Origin: Marispirochaeta sp.
Lineage (GTDB): Bacteria; Spirochaetota; Spirochaetia; JC444; Marispirochaetaceae
Assembly: GCA_963676835.2 (NCBI GenBank)
Contig: CAXXFF010000003.1
Span: forward strand, 576,001-640,000
Reading direction: 5' to 3'
Length of the DNA stretch: 64,000 bases
The notes under the pieces are model-generated. The model did not search any database and had not been told where the DNA came from. It worked only from the letters and a program-made list of their open reading frames with translations. How positions within the stretch are numbered: the stretch's first letter is position 1; each line of letters starts with the position of its first letter. The position numbers and the translations under genes were made by a program. Below, one piece after another: positions 17,875 through 27,747 of this stretch.

Positions 17875-19239
17875 TTACAGATTAAGGGCATACTCTTTTA
17901 TCTTGTAGATAATGGTACGACGGCTGATGCCAAGCTCCCGGGCAGCTCTGGTCCGGTTTCCGTTCCAGCGCTTAAGGGCAGTCTCGATGGCACCCCGTTC
18001 AATGTCTTTCAGCGAGGCGGCAGATTCCGCAGGTTTTTCCGGAACCTGCAGAGGTGTTTCATTTAAGGACACCGCTGTACTTCTGGATGAATCGGGAAGG
18101 TCGATATCTTCAGCGCCGATAAGCCCGTTATTGCAATAGATGAGTCCCCGTTCCAGAAGGTTTTCCAGCTCCCGGACATTGCCGGGGAAGCTGTAGGATG
18201 AAAGCCTGGATAAAGCTTCAGATGAGATCTGAACCCCGGCAATTCCCATCCGTTTAGTCAGTATGGATAAGAGATGATCTGATAAAAGAGGGATATCTTC
18301 CAGGCGGTCCCGCAGGGGCGGGACTACAAGTCTGACTACATTAAGACGATAGAAAAGATCCTCCCGGAAACGTCCTTCTTTAACCAGTTCCTCCAGGGTT
18401 CTGTTGGTGGCAGAGATTATTCTTGATTCCACGGGAATATCCCGGGTACCGCCAAGACGGCGTATTCTTCTTTCCTGCAGTACCCGCAGAAGCTTCACCT
18501 GAATTGCCTGGGGCATTTCGCCTATTTCATCCAGAAAAAGTGTACCTTTACCGGCAAGTTCGAAGAGGCCCGGCTTGCGGCCTTCTGCACCGGTGAAAGC
18601 TCCTTTCTCATAGCCGAAGAGTTCGCTTTCGACAAGATTTTCCGGCAGACTGCCCACATTAACCGCAACAAAAGGCTCATCCGCATTGGCTGCTCTGGCG
18701 TGTATCTCCCGGGCTGCAACCTCTTTTCCGGAACCGCTCTCCCCGGTAATAAGAACCGTAGAAGATACCCCTGAAATCCGGGCAATCTGCTCTCTTAAGG
18801 AGTTGATTACCACCCCTTCACCGACAAGCTTCCAGCCCCCCCCGGAGGTTCTTCTGCTTATTTCCAGGAGTTCTTCTTTTCTGCGGTTTGCTACGGTTTC
18901 CCTTATTTTATAGACAAGCTCATCGGGCTCAAAGGGTTTTACAATATAATCCTTGGCTCCGTTCTTCAAAGCCTCCACCGCATCATGAATGTCGCCATGG
19001 GCAGATATCATAAGAACAGGGGTAAGAATACCTTCCCGGCTCATCCAGCCAAGAAGCTGATGACCGTCCATTCCGGGCATACGCAGGTCCATAATTACAA
19101 GATCGTAAATGGTATCCATAAACAGCAGCTGGGCGGAAGGACCGTCCTCTGCTGTGTCGGCGGTCATTCCCTCAAGTTCGAGAATCCGCTTCAGGGATTC
19201 CCTTATGTGTTTTTCATCATCAACAACAAGAATCTTCAT
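17875..19239 (-). CDS. sigma54-dependent response regulator (NtrC/AtoC/ZraR family)
   Basis: Receiver domain, GESGSGKE, GAFTGA, LFLDEIGE and a Fis-type HTH. Confidence 0.95.
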   Translation of the reverse strand: MKILVVDDEKHIRESLKRILELEGMTADTAEDGPSAQLLFMDTIYDLVIMDLRMPGMDGHQLLGWMSREGILTPVLMISAHGDIHDAVEALKNGAKDYIVKPFEPDELVYKIRETVANRRKEELLEISRRTSGGGWKLVGEGVVINSLREQIARISGVSSTVLITGESGSGKEVAAREIHARAANADEPFVAVNVGSLPENLVESELFGYEKGAFTGAEGRKPGLFELAGKGTLFLDEIGEMPQAIQVKLLRVLQERRIRRLGGTRDIPVESRIISATNRTLEELVKEGRFREDLFYRLNVVRLVVPPLRDRLEDIPLLSDHLLSILTKRMGIAGVQISSEALSRLSSYSFPGNVRELENLLERGLIYCNNGLIGAEDIDLPDSSRSTAVSLNETPLQVPEKPAESAASLKDIERGAIETALKRWNGNRTRAARELGISRRTIIYKIKEYALNL

Positions 19240-20513
19240 GATACATACTCCGGTAATTCAAGAGAGACACAGACACCGCTGCCCTCCCGGTTATTTATAG
19301 ACAATTTTCCTCCCGCGGCAGTTATAAAGCGGTGAACCACCCCCAGCCCCACCCCGGTACCATTACTTTTAGTGGTAAAAAAAGGATCGTATACCCGTGC
19401 AAGGTTTTCCGGTTTGATCCCCGTGCCCCGGTCACAGAAATTAATGCAGATAAACGGCCCTTTCCGCTCCAGGGATACGGTAATCTCCTCATAACTGCTT
19501 CCGCTCTGAGCGGCATTGAGAATTATGTTCTCAACCACCGAGCGGAACCGGTTTCTGTCAAATTGAATCCTTAGATCCTTGCGGTCGAAGGAGAGCTTCA
19601 AGGGCATTCCCAGTATGGCTGCACCTATTTCCGGAAGGACTTCCAGAGGATTGAGCACCTCCGGTGAACCTTCCGGATCCCGGAGAAAATCATTGACATG
19701 GCCTGCCAGCATGGTAAGACGCTGGGTTTCCTCATTGATTATTTTTATCTCCCGCCCGACTTCATCGCCGCTTATACGGCTTATCAGTTCTGTCTGAAGT
19801 CTTATAATGCTCAGGGGATTCTTTATTTCGTGAGCAAGGGTACTGGCGGCAGTACCTATTACCACAAGATTTCGCTGATCCTCAATTTTCTGCCGGTACT
19901 GCCGGTTCTTTTCATTCAGCCAGAAGACATACCACAAAGCCAGGGCAATGAGAATTTCAGCAGCAGCCAACCCGACCTTATACACCATATTGCGCGCCCA
20001 GTATCCGGGCTGCCGTATTTCCCAGTAATTTACTTCATGGAAAAGTGCTTCAAACACAGGCGAGCGGGAGTCAGGCTCCCGGGGCGGTGGATTATCATCT
20101 TCATGCCTGGGAGGAGGACTCTGAATAATGATCAGGGTTCCCCTGGAGCGGTTGAGAATATACTGTCTTGGACCGTTCTGGTCACTTTTCATATTTTCCG
20201 TATCAATCGCTTCCGGTGCGGTTCCAAGAATAAACCGGGCTTCCCCGTCCCGGGAATATCCGCCTATACCGGTTACTTCCGTACCGGTACGGTCCTGCAG
20301 AACTTCCAGGGCATGCTCAACAGAACTGGACTCCCTGGCGATAGAGATAAAATCGTTCAGGGTCCGTTCTCCCATGTTTCTGGAGAGAAGACGGTTATAC
20401 TCATTCACACCGCGGAAAACCCCGGCGGCGGCTATACTGGCCAGCAGAAACAACAGCAGGGCAAGTCCTCTTGCTGTTAACCGCTTATCTTTAAATACAG
20501 CAGGTAATTTCAC
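19236..20513 (-). CDS. Sensor histidine kinase
   Basis: Two TM helices, LAHEIKNPL H-box, DRGTGI, PFFTTK and GTGVGL. Confidence 0.93.
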   Translation of the reverse strand: MKLPAVFKDKRLTARGLALLLFLLASIAAAGVFRGVNEYNRLLSRNMGERTLNDFISIARESSSVEHALEVLQDRTGTEVTGIGGYSRDGEARFILGTAPEAIDTENMKSDQNGPRQYILNRSRGTLIIIQSPPPRHEDDNPPPREPDSRSPVFEALFHEVNYWEIRQPGYWARNMVYKVGLAAAEILIALALWYVFWLNEKNRQYRQKIEDQRNLVVIGTAASTLAHEIKNPLSIIRLQTELISRISGDEVGREIKIINEETQRLTMLAGHVNDFLRDPEGSPEVLNPLEVLPEIGAAILGMPLKLSFDRKDLRIQFDRNRFRSVVENIILNAAQSGSSYEEITVSLERKGPFICINFCDRGTGIKPENLARVYDPFFTTKSNGTGVGLGVVHRFITAAGGKLSINNREGSGVCVSLELPEYVS

Positions 20514-21868
20514 TCCAGCTCCTCGGCATCGGGTAATACAAGCAGATCAAACAGAAATGTTTCATCGCCGCTCCCTATAGCATAGGTCAGGAGAGACAGT
20601 TTACTCAAGAAATTGTATTTAGCGGTAACAAAACTGTTTCTGGCCTCGATCCAGTCAGCTTCGGAATCCTTCATGTCGGAAAATCCTACCGCTGAAAGAG
20701 CATACATCTCTTTCATTTCACTATAGAGTTCCCCGGCATAGTCATTCGCTGCTTCCGCAGAAACCACAGTACCGGCGGCAGACAATAGAGAATACAGGGC
20801 ACTGCGTATGCTTATGTCCGTCTGCCGACGGGTTTCACGGGCATTCAGTTCTGCAGTACGAAGGGAAATTACTCCCTGTTTTTTAACAATCCCCCGGTCC
20901 CACTGAGTCAGCCCCATTGAGCCGGAAAGGGACAGTGAACTGCCGGGTGTTAGATCAGCTCCTGCAAGAGAAGAAAGAGAACCCGACAGCGAAAGGCTCA
21001 GCTGGGGAGAATACTGCCGCAAATCCATGTCTGCAGTTAATGCTGCCTGCCGGACCGCAATAGAACTGAGCAGAACATCCGGGTGCAGAGCCGCAGAAAT
21101 GAGTTTTTCCGCCATAGCTGAAGCGTCTGACTGATCAACCCTGGCAAGAAAAGCAGCGGCAGTAAGATAGCGGCCGGGCAATTCTCCCTGGATTTCGGGA
21201 GGTGAATCCATACCAAGAAAAGAAGACAGTTCATTCCCCGCCTGCAGTCTGGCACCTTTAGCTTCCCAGAGTGCCGCGTTTCTGCTGGCAGCAGTCGCCC
21301 GGACCTCCAGATATGAAGCTCTGGTAATTGCGCCATTTTCAAGCTTCACCTCAGCCTCTTCAAGGAGCGCAGTGGATGCCGCCAGATCCGCCCGGGCAGA
21401 TTCTTCTCCGGCAAGGGCTTCGAGATAGGCAAAAAAGAGTGTATCACACTGACTGAGAACAGAGAGACGTACGCTCTCCTCCTCAATCACGGCAGCCTCT
21501 GTTTCAGCTGCAGCAAGCTTGCGCTCAAGGGGAAACTGTCCGCCGTCCCAGATGGTCTGGGAAAGGGATGCACCGGCGGCGACAGTAGATGTATCAGAAT
21601 CAAGAGCTGCAGAGTTTTCCCCGCTGGACATTTTGAAACTGCTGCTGATGCTCAGATCCGGGAAAAGGCTGTATTTTACTCCCGACTCTGAAAGCTGTGC
21701 ATTACGGGAAACAAGGGCTGCCGTCTGCATTTCTACAGATCCCGCAAGAGCCAACTTTCTTGCCTCAATTAGAGCCATCTCCGGCGACAGGGGCTCAGCC
21801 ATAATCTGCAAGGGAAGAAGTAGACAAAGGAGCATCGGGAAAGCCCGGTATAACAGATTTTTATTCAT
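20510..21868 (-). CDS. TolC-family outer-membrane efflux protein
   Basis: Signal peptide, duplicated helical/beta OEP pattern (PDLSISS, PQLSLSL) and position in an efflux operon. Confidence 0.8.
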   Translation of the reverse strand: MNKNLLYRAFPMLLCLLLPLQIMAEPLSPEMALIEARKLALAGSVEMQTAALVSRNAQLSESGVKYSLFPDLSISSSFKMSSGENSAALDSDTSTVAAGASLSQTIWDGGQFPLERKLAAAETEAAVIEEESVRLSVLSQCDTLFFAYLEALAGEESARADLAASTALLEEAEVKLENGAITRASYLEVRATAASRNAALWEAKGARLQAGNELSSFLGMDSPPEIQGELPGRYLTAAAFLARVDQSDASAMAEKLISAALHPDVLLSSIAVRQAALTADMDLRQYSPQLSLSLSGSLSSLAGADLTPGSSLSLSGSMGLTQWDRGIVKKQGVISLRTAELNARETRRQTDISIRSALYSLLSAAGTVVSAEAANDYAGELYSEMKEMYALSAVGFSDMKDSEADWIEARNSFVTAKYNFLSKLSLLTYAIGSGDETFLFDLLVLPDAEELE

Positions 21869-23054
21869 AACGTAACGCCTCGATGGGGTACAGCTCTGCT
21901 GCTTTTCTGGCGGGATAGTAACCGAAGAAAATACCAACTGCCGCAGCAAACAGAGCTGCAACGGCAACTATTACCGGATTGACTACGGTGGGGATCTGGA
22001 AAAATCGGTCCATCAGGATACACAGAACAACAGCCAGAAATATACCCGTCAGGCCTCCCAGCAGGCTCAGGAATACCGACTCTGTTAGAAACTGCAGGAG
22101 TATATCTACTTTTCTGGCGCCCACGGACATTCTGATCCCGATTTCACGTGTACGCTCGGTAACGGAAACCAGCATAATATTCATAATGCCGATCCCTCCC
22201 ACAATTAGAGACACCCCTGCAATGGCAGAGAGTAGTATGGTAAGGGTCTGGGCTGTCTCTGAAGCAGTTTCAAGAATCTCCGATTGATTCATTATTCTGA
22301 AATCGTTATCCCGGCTGCCACTCAGTCCATGAGCTTCCCTGAGAATCTGCTCAACCTCTGCTTCAGCTTCCTCCATAAGAGATTCCCTGACCACGCTCAT
22401 TTCTATGGTGTCGATAAAATCTTTTTTACTCAGCCGCGAGAGGGTCGTCAGCAGGGGCGCCATTATGACATCATCCTGATCATTCCCCATGGAGGTGTTT
22501 CCCTTGCTGGCAAGAACACCAATCACCGTCAGGGGAGTACGGTTTACCCGTATACGCTGACCTACAGGATCCTGATCACCAAAGAGTTCTTCCGCCACGG
22601 TACTGCCGATTACCGCAACTTTTTTGCGGGAGGATGAATCACTATCGGTAAAAAAACTTCCGTAAGCAATCTGCCATTGACGGATTTCCAGATACCCCGG
22701 CTCCACGCCGTACAGGGTAGTATCCCAATCTCCTGTACCGCCTACTATATTTACAGACTCCCGGATGTTACCGGAAACGGCCGAAAGATAGCTGTTTTCC
22801 AGGCGGAGTTTTTCAACATCCTCAACCTTCAAACGGTTTGGAATACCGCCCCCCCGCTGGGGAAACAGCATCAGAAGGTTGGTCCCCATGGATTTTATCT
22901 GCTCCTGTATACGCTGCTGGGATCCCTCTCCTACAGCAACCATCAGAATCACCGACCCCACCCCGATGATTATACCAAGGGAAGTCAGCAGGCTGCGCAT
23001 CCTGTTTCTCAGGATACTCCGGAGAGCGAGACGGGTTAGAACGGAGACTTTCAT
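21861..23054 (-). CDS. MacB-type ABC transporter permease
   Basis: RSLLTSLGIIIGV, GGIGIMNIMLVSVTERTREIGIR and GYYPARKAA. Confidence 0.93.
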   Translation of the reverse strand: MKVSVLTRLALRSILRNRMRSLLTSLGIIIGVGSVILMVAVGEGSQQRIQEQIKSMGTNLLMLFPQRGGGIPNRLKVEDVEKLRLENSYLSAVSGNIRESVNIVGGTGDWDTTLYGVEPGYLEIRQWQIAYGSFFTDSDSSSRKKVAVIGSTVAEELFGDQDPVGQRIRVNRTPLTVIGVLASKGNTSMGNDQDDVIMAPLLTTLSRLSKKDFIDTIEMSVVRESLMEEAEAEVEQILREAHGLSGSRDNDFRIMNQSEILETASETAQTLTILLSAIAGVSLIVGGIGIMNIMLVSVTERTREIGIRMSVGARKVDILLQFLTESVFLSLLGGLTGIFLAVVLCILMDRFFQIPTVVNPVIVAVAALFAAAVGIFFGYYPARKAAELYPIEALRYE

Positions 23055-23782
23055 ACCAGAATCTCCCGGGGTTGAGCACTTTTCTGCTGAGCCACAGATT
23101 CATCACCAACGATAAGACCATCTTTCAGGGTGACAATCCGTCTGGTGTAAGCAGCAACATCATCCTCATGGGTAACCATTACTATGGTGATACCCTGTTC
23201 ATTCAGCTGCTGAAAAAGGGCCATGATCTCCAGGGTTGTTTTTGAATCCAGGTTGCCTGTAGGTTCATCGGCCAGCAGAAAAACCGGCCGGTTAACCAGG
23301 GCCCTTGCGATGGCAACGCGCTGCTGCTGACCGCCTGAAAGCTGCGAGGGCACATGATCCATTCGGTCTGAGAGCCCCACCATTTTAAGTGCTTCAGCAG
23401 CCTGTACAGCGGCATCCCGTACTGTTTCGTTTGATTTTGCCCGCCTGTACAGAAGGGGAAGCTCCACATTCTCGAGGGCGCTTGTTCTCGAAAGCAGGTT
23501 AAAACCCTGAAAGACAAAGCCTATTTTTGAGTTTCTGATATCCGCAAAGGTATTCTGATCGGCACCGGAGGTATCCAGATTATCCAGGATATAGGTACCT
23601 TCCGAAGCGTGATCAAGACAGCCGATTATATTCATGAGCGTCGATTTTCCGGAACCCGATGGCCCCATTATGGAGACAAACTCACCTTTTTCAACCTGAA
23701 AATCAACGCCGGCAAGTGCTTTTACGGTGAAATCACCCATCAGATAATTACGGGTAATTCCCGTCATTTCTATCAGGGCCAT
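23051..23782 (-). CDS. ABC transporter ATP-binding protein (MacB/LolD-like)
   Basis: GPSGSGKST, LSGGQQQRVAIARAL and ADEPTGNLD. Confidence 0.95.
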   Translation of the reverse strand: MALIEMTGITRNYLMGDFTVKALAGVDFQVEKGEFVSIMGPSGSGKSTLMNIIGCLDHASEGTYILDNLDTSGADQNTFADIRNSKIGFVFQGFNLLSRTSALENVELPLLYRRAKSNETVRDAAVQAAEALKMVGLSDRMDHVPSQLSGGQQQRVAIARALVNRPVFLLADEPTGNLDSKTTLEIMALFQQLNEQGITIVMVTHEDDVAAYTRRIVTLKDGLIVGDESVAQQKSAQPREILV

Positions 23783-23783
23783 C

Positions 23784-25121
23784 TCAATTAACCTGTATCT
23801 TTTCTATAATACTCATTCCTTCAAGACTTATGCCTTCAAGACTTGCTTCAGGATTTTCTCCTTCCATATTTCTACCCTCAGGACCTGCTCCTTTTCCGGC
23901 ACCTTCCGGCCGTTCTGCAACTGTAACCTCGGTATATATACCGTCACTTATACCGGCAATAACCATGAGAGGCCGGAACTGCCTGTTTTCGTCCAGAGTC
24001 CAGAGGGTTTTATGGTTATCCATAGGCTGTCCGCCCGGGGCTTGCCGCTCTCCTGATTCTCCTGGCCGTCCTTCTCCGGGAGGAGGACCACCTCCTGGAA
24101 ATCCGCCAGGGCCGCCGCCCATTCTGCCGCCTCCGCCGCCAATGGCGGCAAGCACTCCGCCGCCGGCTCCTTCCTCCTGTGAATCCGGTTCTTTCATCTG
24201 GGGAGGAGTAAACCTTAGGGCTGCATTGGGAACTATCAGCACATCATCTTTCTGCTCAACAAGAAAATCTACTGCTGCAGTCATCCCGGGAAGCAGCTTG
24301 AGCTCCGGATTCGATGCATCAATAATTACGGTATAACTTACCAGATTGTCATCGGTGGAAGGAACCAGACGAACCTGTCGCACACTGCCGTCAAACTGAT
24401 CTTCCGGGTATGCGTCCACGCTGAAGCGAACGGTTTGTCCCGTTTTTATACTGCTTATATCAAGCTCATCAACGGTGGCATGGATTTCCATTTGAGACAG
24501 ATCCCGGGCAAGAGAAAACAGGGAAGTGGCGCTGCTGCCGGACTGAACTGTGTCTCCTTCTTCAACATTCCGCTCAAGAACCACACCGGAAATAGGAGAG
24601 AGAATCAGGGCATACTGATCCAGTTCCATCCTGAGTTCATCAAGTTGAGCCTGAGCGCGTATCAAAGCTGCCCGGGCGGAGGCCAGATCTGTTTTGCTTG
24701 CATGCAGATCAAACTCCGACAGAAGCTTTTTCTCGAATAATTTTTGATTGTTATTATATTCAAGAAGGGTATGTTCATACGAGGCTTCAGCATCCACTAC
24801 ATCTGCCTCTGCAGAGCAGACCTGTATCTTCAGGATATCCGTATTCATATCAATGAGCTTGTCGCCCTTCTCGACCCGGTCATTAAAATCACTGTAAATT
24901 TTTTCCACCGTTCCGTTCATCTGGGAGATCACATCTACCGTACCCACGGGCTCAAGAGTGCCTGAACTTGAGACAACGTTCTCAATGGACCCCTTTTTTA
25001 TTTCATACATTACATACTTTGTGTCCTGGTCTTTTTCGCTGCACCCGCTTAGAAGAATAAGCGCCAGAGCAGAGCACAAAAATCCCGCAGGTAAATATCG
25101 AAGAATGAAATTGCTGTTCAC
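23784..25121 (-). CDS. Efflux periplasmic adaptor (MacA/HlyD family), lipoprotein, with Gly/Pro-rich tail
   Basis: LSGC lipobox, lipoyl halves, SPISGVV and LLPGMTA. GTG start at 25121 after a GGAGG RBS. Confidence 0.9.
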   Translation of the reverse strand: MNSNFILRYLPAGFLCSALALILLSGCSEKDQDTKYVMYEIKKGSIENVVSSSGTLEPVGTVDVISQMNGTVEKIYSDFNDRVEKGDKLIDMNTDILKIQVCSAEADVVDAEASYEHTLLEYNNNQKLFEKKLLSEFDLHASKTDLASARAALIRAQAQLDELRMELDQYALILSPISGVVLERNVEEGDTVQSGSSATSLFSLARDLSQMEIHATVDELDISSIKTGQTVRFSVDAYPEDQFDGSVRQVRLVPSTDDNLVSYTVIIDASNPELKLLPGMTAAVDFLVEQKDDVLIVPNAALRFTPPQMKEPDSQEEGAGGGVLAAIGGGGGRMGGGPGGFPGGGPPPGEGRPGESGERQAPGGQPMDNHKTLWTLDENRQFRPLMVIAGISDGIYTEVTVAERPEGAGKGAGPEGRNMEGENPEASLEGISLEGMSIIEKIQVN

Positions 25122-25155
25122 AGCAACCTCCAAATTAGTTTTCTCCCTATTACAA

Positions 25156-25172
25156 TGCAGACTTTATGCCAA
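25156..25172 (-). promoter_or_regulatory. sigma54 (-24/-12) promoter of the efflux operon
   Basis: Minus strand TTGGCATAAAGTCTGCA, with GG and GC separated by exactly 10 nt. Confidence 0.75.
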
Positions 25173-25255
25173 CTCATAATTATACAGATTAAAGCGAATA
25201 ATCAGCTATTTTCCGTATATTTATACACACAAAAGCTATAATACCGTATACTTAA

Positions 25256-25310
25256 TGAGCAATTCCTGCACATATAAATTTATTGATTCTTGCTGTGCAG
25301 TTTTTACTCA
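25256..25310. promoter_or_regulatory. Paired enhancer (UAS) sites for a sigma54 activator
   Basis: TGAGCAATTCCTGCACA (25256-25272) and inverted TGTGCAGTTTTTACTCA (25294-25310), about 85-140 nt upstream of the -24 element. Confidence 0.6.
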
Positions 25311-25330
25311 TTTAAAAAATCTGAAAGGCC

Positions 25331-25363
25331 AAAAAAAAACTGCCCTCGTTTGTGAAGGCAGTT
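25331..25363 (-). terminator. Intrinsic terminator of the ABC/cyclase operon
   Basis: Minus strand AACTGCCTTC...GAGGGCAGTT followed by a long T run. Confidence 0.75.
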
Positions 25364-25385
25364 GATGGTATAGAAATAAATGAGG

Positions 25386-26057
25386 CTATTTCATTTCTGC
25401 AAGAATCGTTGCCGGCACACTGTCGACATTCTTTACAAAAAGAGGCACCACAAGAATACGTTCAACCCTGGCCATTTCCAGACCATGAAGATTTACGTCC
25501 TCAAGGATGAATACATGCCGGTCGTGGTGCTTACCTAAAAGATAGTGATGAGTGTAGACACCATCGGGCATATTGGCAGGAGACGCAATGGAAACCCAGT
25601 CGGCACCGACAGCCTTCAGATTGGGAAAGGTGTCCATTATGTACTGGGCACCTTCAGCAAGAAGAGCAGGTCCGTTGGAAGAGAACCCTTCGGGATTATT
25701 CTCACGAAGGTCCTTCATTCCGCTGCGGATAAAGAGGAGATCCGCCTTGGCAATCTCCTTTTCGAAGGGAAGAAGGTCTGCTTTGCCTACATATTCGCCA
25801 AGTCCCTTGGGAATATCAATTAGCACAGGATTGGTAAATACCAGATCGTTGATGGTAAAATCCGCTATCCAGCGGGAACCGCCGACAAAATGGCCGGGAG
25901 AATCAATATGGGTACCAAAGTGGTTGAAAATCTTAAGCAGTGAGGTTTCCGAAACATCACCCTTCTCTATTGAAGTGAGTCTTTCGATCTCAAGTCCGGG
26001 AGACCCTGGCCAGCCGGGATCGGTTTCAGAAAGGGGATACGATAATGATACAAACAT
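25386..26057 (-). CDS. Cyclase-family (kynurenine formamidase-like) metal-dependent hydrolase
   Basis: HFGTHIDSPGH motif, plus GADW, H..LL and ILED. Confidence 0.88.
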   Translation of the reverse strand: MFVSLSYPLSETDPGWPGSPGLEIERLTSIEKGDVSETSLLKIFNHFGTHIDSPGHFVGGSRWIADFTINDLVFTNPVLIDIPKGLGEYVGKADLLPFEKEIAKADLLFIRSGMKDLRENNPEGFSSNGPALLAEGAQYIMDTFPNLKAVGADWVSIASPANMPDGVYTHHYLLGKHHDRHVFILEDVNLHGLEMARVERILVVPLFVKNVDSVPATILAEMK

Positions 26058-26759
26058 TTATTCCTCCAGATCTGATGCTATGAGGCGTATAGGCGCCCCG
26101 GATGCATATTCACCGCCGAGGTTGAGTGGTGCAGGCAGAAGGTAGATACGGCGGTTGAGAAGGGATTTTATCTCCCCTCCGACATTCTCAATGACATACA
26201 CTCCGCTTCCCAGAACAATCTTGTGATTAACCGGATCGAAGGGTGCAGTTGCATACTGTTTCGGCAGATCAATGTCGCTGATATCCAGGGCGATTAAGCG
26301 GACCCCCTGTTCAACAAACCATCTGCAGGCTTCTGTTGAAAGGGTGCAGTATTTGTCAAAATAGCGAACAGGTTCTGAATAAAAAAGCTCCTGCCAACCG
26401 GTATAGATAATAACTGCATCACCTTTCTGCAGGGTGTTGCCTGCTTTACTGAGGGCCGCCTGAACTGATTCAAGGGATATCCCCTGAAGTTCGGCTTTTG
26501 ATGGATTGTATTCATCGCTTACATCAATAACTACCGCAGGCCCGGCGAGGTCCTGGATACGTATTGTATCCAGGGTCCTGCCGTCTTCCACCATGTGCCA
26601 GGGAGCATCCATATGAGTCCCGTAGTGGAGACTCATGGTTATGTATGCATGACGACAGTTATGGGCGCCCCAGGTCTGGCGGTTCTGAAAGTAGCAGCCG
26701 CCAAAGGGGTGATAGGTATTCTGATCAAGTACATGGGTCAGGTCGTAAATCTTCTTCAC
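26058..26759 (-). CDS. Cyclase-family metal-dependent hydrolase (second copy)
   Basis: HYGTHMDAPWH, NHKIVL...IENV and GAPIRLIA. GTG start after AAGGAG. Confidence 0.88.
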   Translation of the reverse strand: MKKIYDLTHVLDQNTYHPFGGCYFQNRQTWGAHNCRHAYITMSLHYGTHMDAPWHMVEDGRTLDTIRIQDLAGPAVVIDVSDEYNPSKAELQGISLESVQAALSKAGNTLQKGDAVIIYTGWQELFYSEPVRYFDKYCTLSTEACRWFVEQGVRLIALDISDIDLPKQYATAPFDPVNHKIVLGSGVYVIENVGGEIKSLLNRRIYLLPAPLNLGGEYASGAPIRLIASDLEE

Positions 26760-26787
26760 TGTCTGCTCCTTGATACAGCTTTTAGGA

Positions 26788-27747
26788 TCAGGCGCTTGCC
26801 TTCTTACCGCTGGCAAAAATAATACCTACGATAACAATACCGGTGAATATATACCGGAGGCCGGCACCGAAACCGATGATATTAAGCAGGTTAACAATCA
26901 GGTAAAGAAGAACAGACGCACCGAAGATGCCGGGAATATTGGAGTCTCCACCGGCAATACTGCTTCCACCGAGCACAACTACCGCAATTGAGTTGAGCAT
27001 GTACTCGTCACCCATATCCAGGGTTGCACCGCCGGAGAAGGCTGCAAGTAGAATTCCGGTAAGTGCAGCAAACATTCCGGAGAACATAAAGGTAAGCATC
27101 TTCATGGTATTTACCTTGATACCGGAAAGCCATGCAGCCTTGATGTTCTGTCCAATGGCGTGGATGTTACGTCCGTATTTTGCCCGCTGCAGCACATAGG
27201 ACATAAAAATCCCTATGGCGATAACCAGCAGAAACATAACAGGTATAAAAGCCAGCTTGAAGTTAACAAACTTTTCAAGGCCGGCAGGCGGTTTAATCTG
27301 CATTCCGCGGAAGAATACAATTGCCAGGGTACGAACAATAAAACTTGATGCCAGAGTGGCAATCATAGGGGGAAGCAGAGCCAGACGGATAAGGCTGAAG
27401 TTGAAAAGCCCTACCGCGGCACCAACCATAAGCCCAACAATAACACCCATAACGATCCCGCCGTTGGATTCATTCATAACCTTCATGGCGGAAAGACCGG
27501 CAAGGGCAATGGTATAGGGAATCGAGAGGTCAATATTTCCCGGTCCGGTGGTAATAACCAGCATCTGTCCCATACCGACAAGGATAAAGAAAGATGCAAA
27601 CGATATGGACGCAACCAAGGTAGCCACCGGGCTGGAAGATACCATGGAGATAATAATATAGAGAAGAACAACACCAATATATGACCAGACCCATTTCTGC
27701 TCGGCGATCTGGTTCAGGCCGCTGCGAAGTATATTGCGATTAGACAT
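26788..27747 (-). CDS. Monosaccharide ABC transporter permease (RbsC-like)
   Basis: GNIDLS, PPMIATL, GRNIHAIGQN and IAVVVLGG. Confidence 0.92.
   Translation of the reverse strand: MSNRNILRSGLNQIAEQKWVWSYIGVVLLYIIISMVSSSPVATLVASISFASFFILVGMGQMLVITTGPGNIDLSIPYTIALAGLSAMKVMNESNGGIVMGVIVGLMVGAAVGLFNFSLIRLALLPPMIATLASSFIVRTLAIVFFRGMQIKPPAGLEKFVNFKLAFIPVMFLLVIAIGIFMSYVLQRAKYGRNIHAIGQNIKAAWLSGIKVNTMKMLTFMFSGMFAALTGILLAAFSGGATLDMGDEYMLNSIAVVVLGGSSIAGGDSNIPGIFGASVLLYLIVNLLNIIGFGAGLRYIFTGIVIVGIIFASGKKASA

Noticed and set aside
24030..24180. GC-rich repetitive DNA
   Set aside because: Encodes the Gly/Pro-rich low-complexity tail of the efflux adaptor; not a separate repeat element.
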